64,000 nt of DNA from Paragordius varius. Lineage: Eukaryota; Animalia; Nematomorpha. The notes under the pieces were generated by a model. That model had not been told where the DNA came from. It searched no databases and saw only the letters and a list, made by a program, of their open reading frames with translations. This document shows positions 8,921-21,500 of this stretch, one piece after another. The DNA lies in NCBI GenBank assembly GCA_964247055.1, contig OZ176054.1, positions 1 to 64,000 of the forward strand. The letters run 5' to 3'. A program made the translations under genes and the position numbers. The number at the start of each line of letters is the position of its first letter. The stretch's first letter is position 1.

Positions 8921-9585
8921 AGACTGACGACGGATAGAATGATTGCTAAAAAATGACTGACGACGGATAGGAGGAATGCCGAAAAATGACTGACGACGGA
9001 TAGGATGATTGTTGAAAAATGACTGACGACGGATAGGGGAAATGCAGAAAACCAACTGACGACGGCTAGAAAATGACGGACAGAAACAGACTGACGACGG
9101 ATAGAATAATTGCTGAAAAATGACTGACGACGGATAGGAGGAATGCCGAAAAATGACTGACGACGGATAGGATGATTGTTGAAAAATGACTGACGACGGA
9201 TAGGGAGAATGCAAAAAACCAACTGACGACGGCTAGAAAGTGACGGACAAAAACAGACTGACGACGGATAGAATGATTGCTAAAAAATGACTGACGACGG
9301 ATAGGAGGAATGCCGAAAAATGACTGACGACGGATAGGATGATTGTTGAAAAATGACTGACGACGGATAGGGGAAATGCAGAAAACCAACTGACGACGGC
9401 TAGAAAATGACGGACAGAAACAGACTGACGACGGATAGAATAATTGCTGAAAAATGACTGACGACGGATAGGAGGAATGCCGAAAAATGACTGACGACGG
9501 ATAGGATGATTGCTAAAAAATGACTGACGACGGATAGGAGGAATGCTGAAAAATGACAGACGACGGATAGGAGGAATGCAGAAAA
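8921..9585 (-). repeat. Inverted copy of the CCGTCGTCAG minisatellite, about 20 units, with a 5-unit 167 bp higher-order repeat
   Basis: ctgacgacgg recurs about every 33 bp. The marker accaactgacgacggctagaaa occurs at 9051, 9218 and 9385 (167 bp period). Confidence 0.95.
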
Positions 9586-12500
9586 TAGCCCTTTGGTAGT
9601 TCCATCATCACCCCAAATATTTTTGTGATCGGACTTTAAATGTAAATTTTATGAATTTTTTAAATATTTAAAAAATTTATTTTATACGATTTTAAAAATA
9701 AAAATGGCTACCTAAAATCCAAATTGGATCAGGTGATGTCACCATAATTTTTTTTGGGTAGTCCTATGGTAGTTCCATCATAACCCCAAATATTTTTGAG
9801 ATCGGACTTTAAATGTAAATTTTATGAATTTTTAAAATATTTAAAAAATTTATTTTATACGATTTTAAAAATAAAAATGGCTACCTAAAATCCAAATTTG
9901 ATCAGGTGATCTCACCATAATTTTTTTTGGGTAGCCCTATGGTAGTTCCATCATCACCCCAAATATTTTGGAGATCGGGCTATAAATGTAAATTTTATGA
10001 AATTTTTAAATATTTAAAAAATTTATTTTATACGATTTTAAAAATAAAAATGGCTACCTAAAATCCAAATTTGATCAGGTGATGTCGCCATATTTTTTTT
10101 TGGGTAGCCCTATGGTAGTTCCATCATCACCCCAAATATTTTTGAGATCGGACTTTAAATGTAAATTTTATGAATTTTTAAAATATTTAAAAAATTTATT
10201 TTATACGATTTTAAAAATAAAAATGGCTACCTAAAATCCAAATTTGATCAGGTGATGTCACCATAATTTTTTTTGGGTAGCCCTATGGTAGTTCCATCAT
10301 CACCCCAAATATTTTGGAGATCGGGCTATAAATGTAAATTTTATGAATTTTTTAAATATTTAAAAAATTTATTTTATACGATTTTAAAAATAAAAATGGC
10401 TACCTAAAATCCAAATTTGATCAGGTGATGTCACCATAATTTTTTTTGGGTAGCCCTATGGTAGTTCCATCATAACCCCAAATATTTTTCAGATCGGACT
10501 TTAAATGTAAATTTTATGAATTTTTAAAATATTTAAAAAATTTATTTTATACGATTTTAAAAATAAAAATGGCTACCTAAAATCCAAATTTGATCAGGTG
10601 ATGTCACCATAATTTTTTTTGGGTAGCCCTATGGTAGTTCCATCATCACCCCAAATATTTTGGAGATCGGGCTATAAATGTAAATTTTATGAATTTTTTA
10701 AATATTTAAAAAATTTATTTTATACGATTTTAAAAATAAAAATGGCTACCTAAAATCCAAATTTGATCAGGTGATGTCACCATAATTTTTTTTGGGTAGC
10801 CCTATGGTAGTTCCATCATCACCCCAAATATTTTGGAGATCGGGCTATAAATGTAAATTTTATGAATTTTTTAAATATTTAAAAAATTTATTTTATACGA
10901 TTTTAAAAATAAAAATGGCTACCTAAAATCCAAATTTGATCAGGTGATGTCACCATAATTTTTTTTGGGTAGCCCTATGGTAGTTCCATCATCACCCCAA
11001 ATATTTTGGAGATCGGGCTATAAATGTAAATTTTATGAATTTTTTAAGTATTTAAAAAATTTATTTTATATGATTTTAAATATAAAAATGGCTACCTAAA
11101 ATCCAAATTTGATCAGGTGATGTCACCATAATTTTTTTTGGGTAGCCCTATGGTAGTTCCATCATCACCCCAAATATTTTGGAGATCGGGCTATAAATGT
11201 AAATTTTATGAATTTTTTAAATATTTAAATAATTTATTTTATACGATTTTAAAAATAAAAATGGCTACCTAAAATCCAAATTTGATCAGGTGATGTCACC
11301 ATAATTTTTTTTGGGTAGCCCTATGGTAGTTCCATCATCACCCCAAATATTTTGGAGATCGGGCTATAAATGTAAATTTTATGAATTTTTTAAATATTTA
11401 AAAAATTTATTTTATACGATTTTAAAAATAAAAATGGCTACCTAAAATCCAAATTTGATCAGGTCATGTCACCATAATTTTTTTTGGGTAGCCCTATGGT
11501 AGTTCCATCATCACCCCAAATATTTTGGAGATCGGGCTATAAATGTAAATTTTATGAATTTTTTAAATATTTAAAAAATTTATTTTATATGATTTTAAAT
11601 ATAAAAATGGCTACCTAAAATCCAAATTTGATCAGGTGATGTCACCATAATTATTTTTGGGTAGCCCTATGGTAGTTCCATCATCACCCCAAATATTTTG
11701 GAGATCGGGCTATAAATGTAAATTTTATGAATTTTTTAAATATTTAAAAAATTTATTTTATACGATTTTAAAAATAAAAATGGCTACCTAAAATCCAAAT
11801 TTGATCAGGTGATGTCACCATAAATTTTTTTGGGTAGCCCTATGGTAGTTCCATCATCACCCCAAATATTTTTGTGATCGGACTTTAAATGTAAATTTTA
11901 TGAATTTTTTAAATTTTTAAAAAATTTATTTTATACGATTTTAAAAATAAAAATGGCTACCTAAAATCCAAATTTGATCAGGTGATGTCACCATAATTTT
12001 TTTTGGGTAGCCCTATGGTAGTTCCATCATAACCCCAAATATTTTTGAGATCGGACTTTAAATGTAAATTTTATGAATTTTTATAATAATTTATTTTATA
12101 CGATTTTAAATATAAAAATGGCTACCTAAAATCCAAATTTGATCAGGTGATGTCACCATAATTTTTTTTGGGTAGCCCTATGGTAGTTCCATCATCACCC
12201 CAAATATTTTGGAGATCGGGCTATAAATGTAAATTTTATGAATTTTTTAAATATTTAAAAAATTTATTTTATATGATTTTAAATATAAAAATGGCTACCT
12301 AAAATCCAAATTTGATCAGGTGATGTCACCATAATTTTTTTTGGGTAGCCCTATGGTAGTTCCATCATCACCCCAAATATTTTGGAGATCGGGCTATAAA
12401 TGTAAATTTTATGAATTTTTTAAATATTTAAAAAATTTATTTTATACGATTTTAAAAATAAAAATGGCTACCTAAAATCCAAATTTGATCAGGTGATGTC

Positions 12501-15500
12501 ACCATAAATTTTTTTGGGTAGCCCTATGGTAGTTCCATCATCACCCCAAATATTTTTGTGATCGGACTTTAAATGTAAATTTTATGAATTTTTTAAATAT
12601 TTAAAAAATTTATTTTATACGATTTTAAAAATAAAAATGGCTACCTAAAATCCAAATTTGATCAGGTGATGTCACCATAATTTTTTTTGGGTAGCCCTAT
12701 GGTAGTTCCATCATAACCCCAAATATTTTTGAGATCGGACTTTAAATGTAAATTTTATGAATTTTTAAAATAATTTATTTTATACGATTTTAAAAATAAA
12801 AATGGCTACCTAAAATCAAAATTTGATCAGGTGATGTCGCCATAATTTTTTTTGGGTAACATGGTAGTTCCATCACAACTTCAAATATTTTTGAGATCGG
12901 ACTTTAAATGTAAATTTTATGAATTTTTTAAATATTTAAAAAATTTATTTTATACGATTTTAAATATAAAAATGGCTACCTAAAATCCAAATTTGATCAG
13001 GTGATGTCGCCATAATTTTTTTTGGGTAGCCCTATGGTAGTTCCATCATCACCCCAAATATTTTTGAGATAGGACTATAAATTTAATTTTTATGAATTTT
13101 TTAAATATTTAAAAAATTTATTTTATACGATTTTAAATATAAAAATGGCTACCTAAAATCCAAATTTGATCAGGTGATGTCACCATAATTTTTTTTGGGT
13201 AGCCCTATGGTAGTTCCATCATCACCCCAAATATTTTGGAGATCGGGCTATAAATGTAAATTTTATGAATTTTTTAAATATTTAAAAAATTTATTTTATA
13301 TGATTTTAAATATAAAAATGGCTACCTAAAATCCAAATTTGATCAGGTGATGTCACCATAATTTTTTTTGGGTAGCCCTATGGTAGTTCCATCATCACCC
13401 CAAATATTTTGGAGATCGGGCTATAAATGTAAATTTTATGAATTTTTTAAATATTTAAAAAATTTATTTTATACGATTTTAAAAATAAAAATGGCTACCT
13501 AAAATCCAAATTTGATCAGGTGATGTCACCATAATTTTTTTTGGGTAGCCCTATGGTAGTTCCATCATCACCCCAAATATTTTTGTGATCGGACTTTAAA
13601 TGTAAATTTTATGAATTTTTTAAATATTTAAAAAATTTATTTTATACGATTTTAAAAATAAAAATGGCTACCTAAATAAAAATGGCTACCTAAAATACAA
13701 ATTTGATCAGGTGATGTCACCATAATTTTTTTTGGGTAGCCCTATGGTAGTTCCATCATCACCCCAAATATTTTTGAGATCGGACTTTAAATGTAAATTT
13801 TATGAATTTTTAAAATATTTAAAAAATTTATTTTATACGATTTTAAAACTAAAAATGGCTACCTAAAATCCAAATTTGATCAGGTGATGTCACCATAATT
13901 TTTTTTGTGTAGCCCTATGGTAGTTCCATTATCACCCCAAATATTTTGGAGATCGGGCTATAAATGTAAATTTTATGAATTATTTAAATATTTAAAAAAT
14001 TTATTTTATACGATTTTAAAAATAAAAATGGCTACCTAAAATCCAAATTTGATCAGGTGATGTCACCATAATTTTTTTTGGGTAGCCCTATGGTAGTTCC
14101 ATCATCACCCCAAATTTTTTGGAGATCGGGCTATAAATGTAAATTTTATGAATTTTTAAAATATTTAAAAAATTTATTTTATACGATTTTAAAAATAAAA
14201 ATGGCTACCTAAAATCCAAATTTGATCAGGTGATGTCACCATATTTTTTTTTGGGTAGCCCTATGGTAGTTCCATCATCACCCCAAATATTTTGGAGATC
14301 GGGCTATAAATGTAAATTTTATGAATTTTTTAAATATTTAAAAAATTTATTTTATACGATTTTAAAAATAAAAATGGCTACCTAAAATCCAAATTTGATC
14401 AGGTGATGTCACCATAATTTTTTTTGGGTAGCCCTATGGTAGTTCCATCATCACCCCAAATATTTTGGAGATCGGGCTATAAATGTAAATTTTATGAATT
14501 TTTTAAGTATTTAAAAAATTTATTTTATATGATTTTAAATATAAAAATGGCTACCTAAAATCCAAATTTGATCAGGTGATGTCACCATAATTTTTTTTGG
14601 GTAGCCCTATGGTAGTTCCATCATCACCCCAAATATTTTGGAGATCGGGCTATAAATGTAAATTTTATGAATTTTTTAAATATTTAAAAAATTTATTTTA
14701 TACGATTTTAAAAATAAAAATGGCTACCTAAAATCCAAATTTGATCAGGTGATGTCACCATAATTTTTTTTGGGTAGCCCTATGGTAGTTCCATCATCAC
14801 CCCAAATATTTTGGAGATCGGGCTATAAATGTAAATTTTATGAATTTTTTAAATATTTAAAAAATTTATTTTATACGATTTTAAAAATAAAAATGGCTAC
14901 CTAAAATCCAAATTGGATCAGGTGATGTCACCATAATTTTTTTTGGGTAGCCCTATGGTAGTTCCATCATAACCCCAAATATTTTTGAGATCGGACTTTA
15001 AATGTAAATTTTATGAATTTTTAAAATATTTGAAAAATTTATTTTATACGATTTTAAAAATAAAAATGGCTACCTAAAATCCAAATTTGATCAGGTGATC
15101 TCACCATAATTTTTTTTGGGTAGCCCTATGGTAGTTCCATCATCACCCCAAATATTTTGGAGATCGGGCTATAAATGTAAATTTTATGAATTTTTTAAAT
15201 ATTTAAAAATTTATTTTATACGATTTTAAAAATAAAAATGGCTACCTAAAATCCAAATTTGATCAGGTGATGTCACCATAATTTTTTTTGGGTAGCCCTA
15301 TGGTAGTTCCATCATCACCCCAAATATTTTCGAGATCGGGCTATAAATGTTAATTTTATGAAATTTTTAAATATTTAAAAATTTTATTTTATACGATTTT
15401 AAAAATAAAAATGGCTACCTAAAATCCAAATTTGATCAGGTGATGTCGCAATATTTTTTTTTGGGTAGCCCTATGGTAGTTCCATCATAACCCCAAATAT

Positions 15501-18500
15501 TTTTGAGATCGGACTTTAAATGTAAATTTTATGAATTTTTAAAATATTTAAAAAATTTATTTTATACGATTTTAAAAATAAAAATAGCTACCTAAAATCC
15601 AAATTTGATCAGGTGATGTCACCATAATTTTTTTTGGGTAGCCTTATGGTAGTTCCATCATCACCCCAAATATTTTGGAGATCGGGCTATAAATGTAAAT
15701 TTTATGAATTTTTTAAATATTTAAAAAATTTATTTTATACGATTTTAAAACTAAAAATGGCTACCTAAAATCCAAATTTGATCAGGTGATGTCACCATAA
15801 TTTTTTTTGGGTAGCCCTATGGTAGTTCCATTATCACCCCAAATATTTTGGAGATCGGGCTATAAATGTAAATTTTATGAATTATTTAAATATTTAAGAA
15901 ATTTATTTTATACGATTTTAAAAATAAAAATGGCTACCTAAAATCCAAATTTGATCAGGTGATGTCACCATAATTTTTTTTGGGTAGCCCTATGGTAGTT
16001 CCATCATCACCCCAAATATTTTGGAGATCGGGCTATAAATGTAAATTTTATGAATTTTTTAAATATTTAAAAAATTTATTTTATACGATTTTAAAAATAA
16101 AAATGGCTACCTAAAATCCAAATTTGATCAGGTGATGTCACCATAATTTTTTTTGGGTAGCCCTATGGTAGTTCCATCATCACCCCAAATATTTTGGAGA
16201 TCGGGCTATAAATGTAAATTTTATGAATTTTTTAAATATTTAAAAAATTTATTTTATACGATTTTAAAAATAAAAATGGCTACCTAAAATCCAAATTTGA
16301 TCAGGTGATGTCACCATAATTTTTTTTGGGTAGCCCTATGGTAGTTCCATCATCACCCCAAATATTTTGGAGATCGGGCTATAAATGTAAATTTTATGAA
16401 TTTTTAAAATATTTAAAAAATTTATTTTATACGATTTTAAAAATAAAAATGGCTACCTAAAAACCAAATTTGATCAGGTGATGTCACCATAATTTTTTTT
16501 GGGTAGCCCTATGGTAGTTCCATCATCACCCCAAATATTTTGGAGATCGGACTATAAATGTAAATTTTATGAATTTTTTAAATATTTAAAAAATTTATTT
16601 TATACGATTTTAAAAATAAAAATGGCTACCTAAAATCCAAATTTGATCAGGTCATGTCACCATAATTTTTTTTGGGTAGCCCTATGGTAGTTCCATCATC
16701 ACCCCAAATATTTTGGAGATCGGTTTATAAATGTAAATATTATGAATTTTTTAAATATTTAAAAAATTTATTTTATACGATTTTAAATATAAAAATGGCT
16801 ACCTAAAATCCAAATTTGATCAGGTGATGTCGCCATAATTTTTTTTGGGTAGCCCTATGGTAGTTCCATCATCACCCCAAATATTTTTGAGGTCGGACTA
16901 TAAATGTAATTTTTATGAATTTTTTAAATATTTAAAAAATTTATTTTATACGATTTTAAATATAAAAATGGCTACCTAAAATCCAAATTTGAGGTGATGT
17001 CACCATAATTTTTTTGGGTAGCCCTATGGTAGTTCCATCATCACCCCAAATATTTTGGAGATCGGGCTATAAATGTAAATTTTATGAATTTTTTAAATAT
17101 TTAAAAAATTTATTTTATATGATTTTAAATATAAAAATGGCTACCTAAAATCCAAATTTGATCACGTGATGTCACCATAATTTTTTTTGGGTAGCCCTAT
17201 GGTAGTTCCATCATCACCCCAAATATTTTGGAGATCGGGCTATAAATGTAAATTTTATGAATTTTTTAAATATTTAAAAAATTTATTTTATACGATTTTA
17301 AAAATAAAAATGGCTACCTAAAATCCAAATTTGATCAGGTGATGTCGCCATAATTTTTTTTGGGTAACCTTATGGTAGTTCCATCATAACTTCAAATATT
17401 TTTGAGATCGGACTTTAAATGTAAATTTTATGAATTTTTTAAATATTTAAAAAATTTATTTTATACGATTTTGAATATAAAAATGGCTACCTAAAATCCA
17501 AATTTGATCAGGTGATGTCGCCATAATTTTTTTTGGGTAGCCCTATGGTAGTTCCATCATCACCCCAAATATTTTTGAGATCGGACTATAAATTTAATTT
17601 TTATGAATTTTTTAAATATTTAAAAAATTTATTTTATACGATTTTAAATATAAAAATGGCTACCTAAAATCCAAATTTGATCAGGTGATGTCACCATAAT
17701 TTTTTTTGGGTAGCCCTATGGTAGTTCCATCATCACCCCAAATATTTTGGAGATCGGGCTATAAATGTAAATTTTATGAATTTTTTAAATATTTAAAAAA
17801 TTTATTTTATATGATTTTAAATATAAAAATGGCTACCTAAAATCCAAATTTGATCAGGTGATGTCACCATAATTTTTTTTGGGTAGCCCTATGGTAGTTC
17901 CATCATCACCCCAAATATTTTGGAGATCGGGCTATAAATGTAAATTTTATGAATTTTTTAAATATTAAAAAAATTTATTTTATACGATTTTAAAAATAAA
18001 AATGGCTACCTAAAATCCAAATTTGATCAGGTGATGTCACCATAATTTTTTTTGGGTAGCCCTATGGTAGTTCCATCATCACCCCAAATATTTTTGTGAT
18101 CGGACTTTAAATGTAAATTTTATGAATTTTTTCAATATTTAAAAAATTTATTTTATACGATTTTAAAAATAAAAATGGCTACCTAAATAAAAATGGCTAC
18201 CTAAAATCCAAATTTGATCAGGTGATGTCACCATAATTTATTTTGGGTAGCCCTATGGTAGTTCCATCATCACCCCAAATATTTTTGAGATCGGAATTTA
18301 AATGTAAATTTTATAAATTTTTAAAATATTTAAAAAATTTATTTTATACGATTTTAAAAATAAAAATGGCTACCTAAAATCCAAATTTGATCAGGTGATG
18401 TCACCATAATTTTTTTTGGGTAGCCCTATGGTAGTTCCATCATCACCCCAAATATTTTGGAGATCGGGCTATAAATGTAAATTTTATGAATTTTTTAAAT

Positions 18501-21500
18501 ATTTAAAAAATTTATTTTATACGATTTTAAAAATAAAAATGGCTACCTAAAATCCAAATTTGATCAGGTGATGTCACCATAATTTTTTTTGGGTAGCCCT
18601 ATGGTAGTTCCATCATCACCCCAAATATTTTGGAGATCGGGCTATAAATGTAAATTTTATGAATTTTTTAAATATTTAAAAAATTTATTTTATACGATTT
18701 TAAAAATAAAAATGGCTACCTAAAATCCAAATTTGATCAGGTGATGTCGCCATAATTTTTTTTGGGTAGCCCTATGGTAGTTCCATCATCACCCCAAATA
18801 TTTTGGAGATCGGGCTATAAATGTAAATTTTATGAATTTTTTAAATATTTAAAAAATTTATTTTATACGATTTTAAAAATAAAAATGGCTACCTAAAATC
18901 CAAATTTGATCAGGTGATGACACCATAATTTTTTTTGGGTAGCCCTATGGTAGTTCCATCATAACCCCAAAAATTTTTGAGATCGGACTTTAAATGTAAA
19001 TTTTATGAATTTTTAAAATATTTAAAAAATTTATTTTATACGATTTTAAAAATAAAAATGGCTACCTAAAATCCAAATTTGATCAGGTGATGTCACCATA
19101 ATTTTTTTTGGGTAGCCCTATGGTAGTTCCATCATCACCCCAAATATTTTGGAGATCGGGCTATAAATGTAAATTTTATGAATTTTTTAAATATTTAAAA
19201 AATTTATTTTATACGATATTAAAAATAAAAATGGCTACCTAAAATCCAAATTTGATCAGGTGATGTCGCCATAATTTTTTTTGGGTAACCTTATGGTAGT
19301 TCCATCATAACCCCAAATATTTTTGAGATCGGACTTTAAATGTAAATTTTATGAATTTTTAAAATATTTAAAAAATTTATTTTATACGATTTTAAAAATA
19401 AAAATGGCTACCTAAAATCCAAATTTGATCAGGTGATGTCACCATAATTTTTTTTGGGTAGCCCTATGGTAGTTCCATCATCACCCCAAATATTTTGGAG
19501 ATCGGGCTATAAATGTAAATTTTATGAATTTTTTAAATATTTAAAAAATTTATTTTATACGATTTTAAAAATAAAAATGGCTACCTAAAATCCAAATTTG
19601 ATCAGGTGATGTCACCATAATTTTTTTTGGGTAGCCCTATGGTAGTTCCATCATCACCCCAAATATTTTGGAGATCGGGCTATAAATGTAAATTTTATGA
19701 ATTTTTTAAATATTTAAAAAATTTATTTTATACGATTTTAAAAATAAAAGTGGCTACATAAAATCCAAATTTGATCAGGTGATGTCGCCATAATTTTTTT
19801 TGGGTAGCCCTATGGTAGTTCCATCATCACCCCAAATATTTTGGAGATCGGGCTATAAATGTAAATTTTATGAATTTTTTAAATATTTAAAAAATTTATT
19901 TTATACGATTTTAAAAATAAAAATGGCTACCTAAAATCCAAATTTGATCAGGTGATGTCACCATAATTTTTTTTGGGTAGCCCTATGGTAGTTCCATCAT
20001 AACCCCAAAAATTTTTGAGATCGGACTTTAAATGTAAATTTTATGAATTTTTAAAATATTTAAAAAATTTATTTTATACGATTTTAAAAATAAAAATGGC
20101 TACCTAAAATCCAAATTTGATCAGGTGATGTCACCATAATTTTTTTTGGGTAGCCCTATGGTAGTTCCATCATCACCCCAAATATTTTGGAGATCGGGCT
20201 ATAAATGTAAATTTTATGAATTTTTTAAATATTTAAAAAATTTATTTTATACGATATTAAAAATAAAAATGGCTACCTAAAATCCAAATTTGATCAGGTG
20301 ATGTCGCCATAATTTTTTTTGGGTAACCTTATGGTAGTTCCATCATAACCCCAAATATTTTTGAGATCGGACTTTAAATGTAAATTTTATGAATTTTTAA
20401 AATATTTAAAAAATTTATTTTATACGATTTTAAAAATAAAAATGGCTACCTAAAATCCAAATTTGATCAGGTGATGTCACCATAATTTTTTTTGGGTAGC
20501 CCTATGGTAGTTCCATCATCACCCCAAATATTTTGGAGATCGGGCTATAAATGTAAATTTTATGAATTTTTTAAATATTTAAAAAATTTATTTTATACGA
20601 TTTTAAAAATAAAAATGGCTACCTAAAATCCAAATTTGATCAGGTGATGTCGCCATAATTTTTTTTGGGTAGCCCTATGGTAGTTCCATCATCACCCCAA
20701 ATATTTTGGAGATCGGGCTATAAATGTAAATTTTATGAATTTTTTAAATATTTAAAAAATTTATTTTATACGATTTTAAAAATAAAAATGGCTACCTAAA
20801 ATCCAAATTTGATCAGGTGATGTCACCATAATTTTTTTTGGGTAGCCCTATGGTAGTTCCATCATAACCCCAAATATTTTTGAGATCGGACTTTAAATGT
20901 AAATTTTATGAATTTTTAAAATATTTAAAAAATTTATTTTATACGATTTTAAAAATAAAAATGGCTACCTAAAATCCAAATTTGATCAGGTGATGTCACC
21001 ATAATTTTTTTTGGGTAGCCCTATGGTAGTTCCATCATCACCCCAAATATTTTGGAGATCGGGATATAAATGTAAATTTTATGAATTTTTAAATATTTAA
21101 AAAATTTATTTTATACGATTTTAAAAATAAAAATGGCTACCTAAAATCCAAATTTGATCAGGTGATGTCACCATAATTTTTTTTGGGTAGCCCTATGGTA
21201 GTTCCATCATCACCCCAAATATTTTTGTGATCGGACTTTAAATGTAAATTTTATGAATTTTTTAAATATTTAAAAAATTTATTTTATACGATTTTAAAAA
21301 TAAAAATGGCTACCTAAAATCCAAATTTGATCAGGTGATGTCACCATAATTTTTTTTGGGTAGCCCTATGGTAGTTCCATCATAACCCCAAATATTTTTC
21401 AGATCGGACTTTAAATGTAAATTTTATGAATTTTTAAAATATTTAAAAAATTTATTTTATACGATTTTAAAAATAAAAATGGCTACCTAAAATCCAAATT

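Larger units (their letters stand above)
7533..9585 (-). repeat. Right arm of the large inverted repeat, split by an 849 bp insertion (7686-8534)
   Basis: 7533-7685 pairs with 3204-3055, 8535-8920 pairs with 3054-2670, and 8921-9585 is the reverse-complement minisatellite. Confidence 0.92.

Noticed and set aside
8798-9389. Three overlapping minus-strand ORFs in the right minisatellite
   Set aside because: These are the same repeat read in several overlapping frames with frame switching. At least the 8798-9214 frame begins at TTG. There is no recognisable domain.
9586-9758. Homology to primate alpha satellite or a CENP-B box
   Set aside because: Only the monomer length (173 versus 171 bp) is similar. 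No TTCGNNNNANNCGGG match is visible in the consensus.
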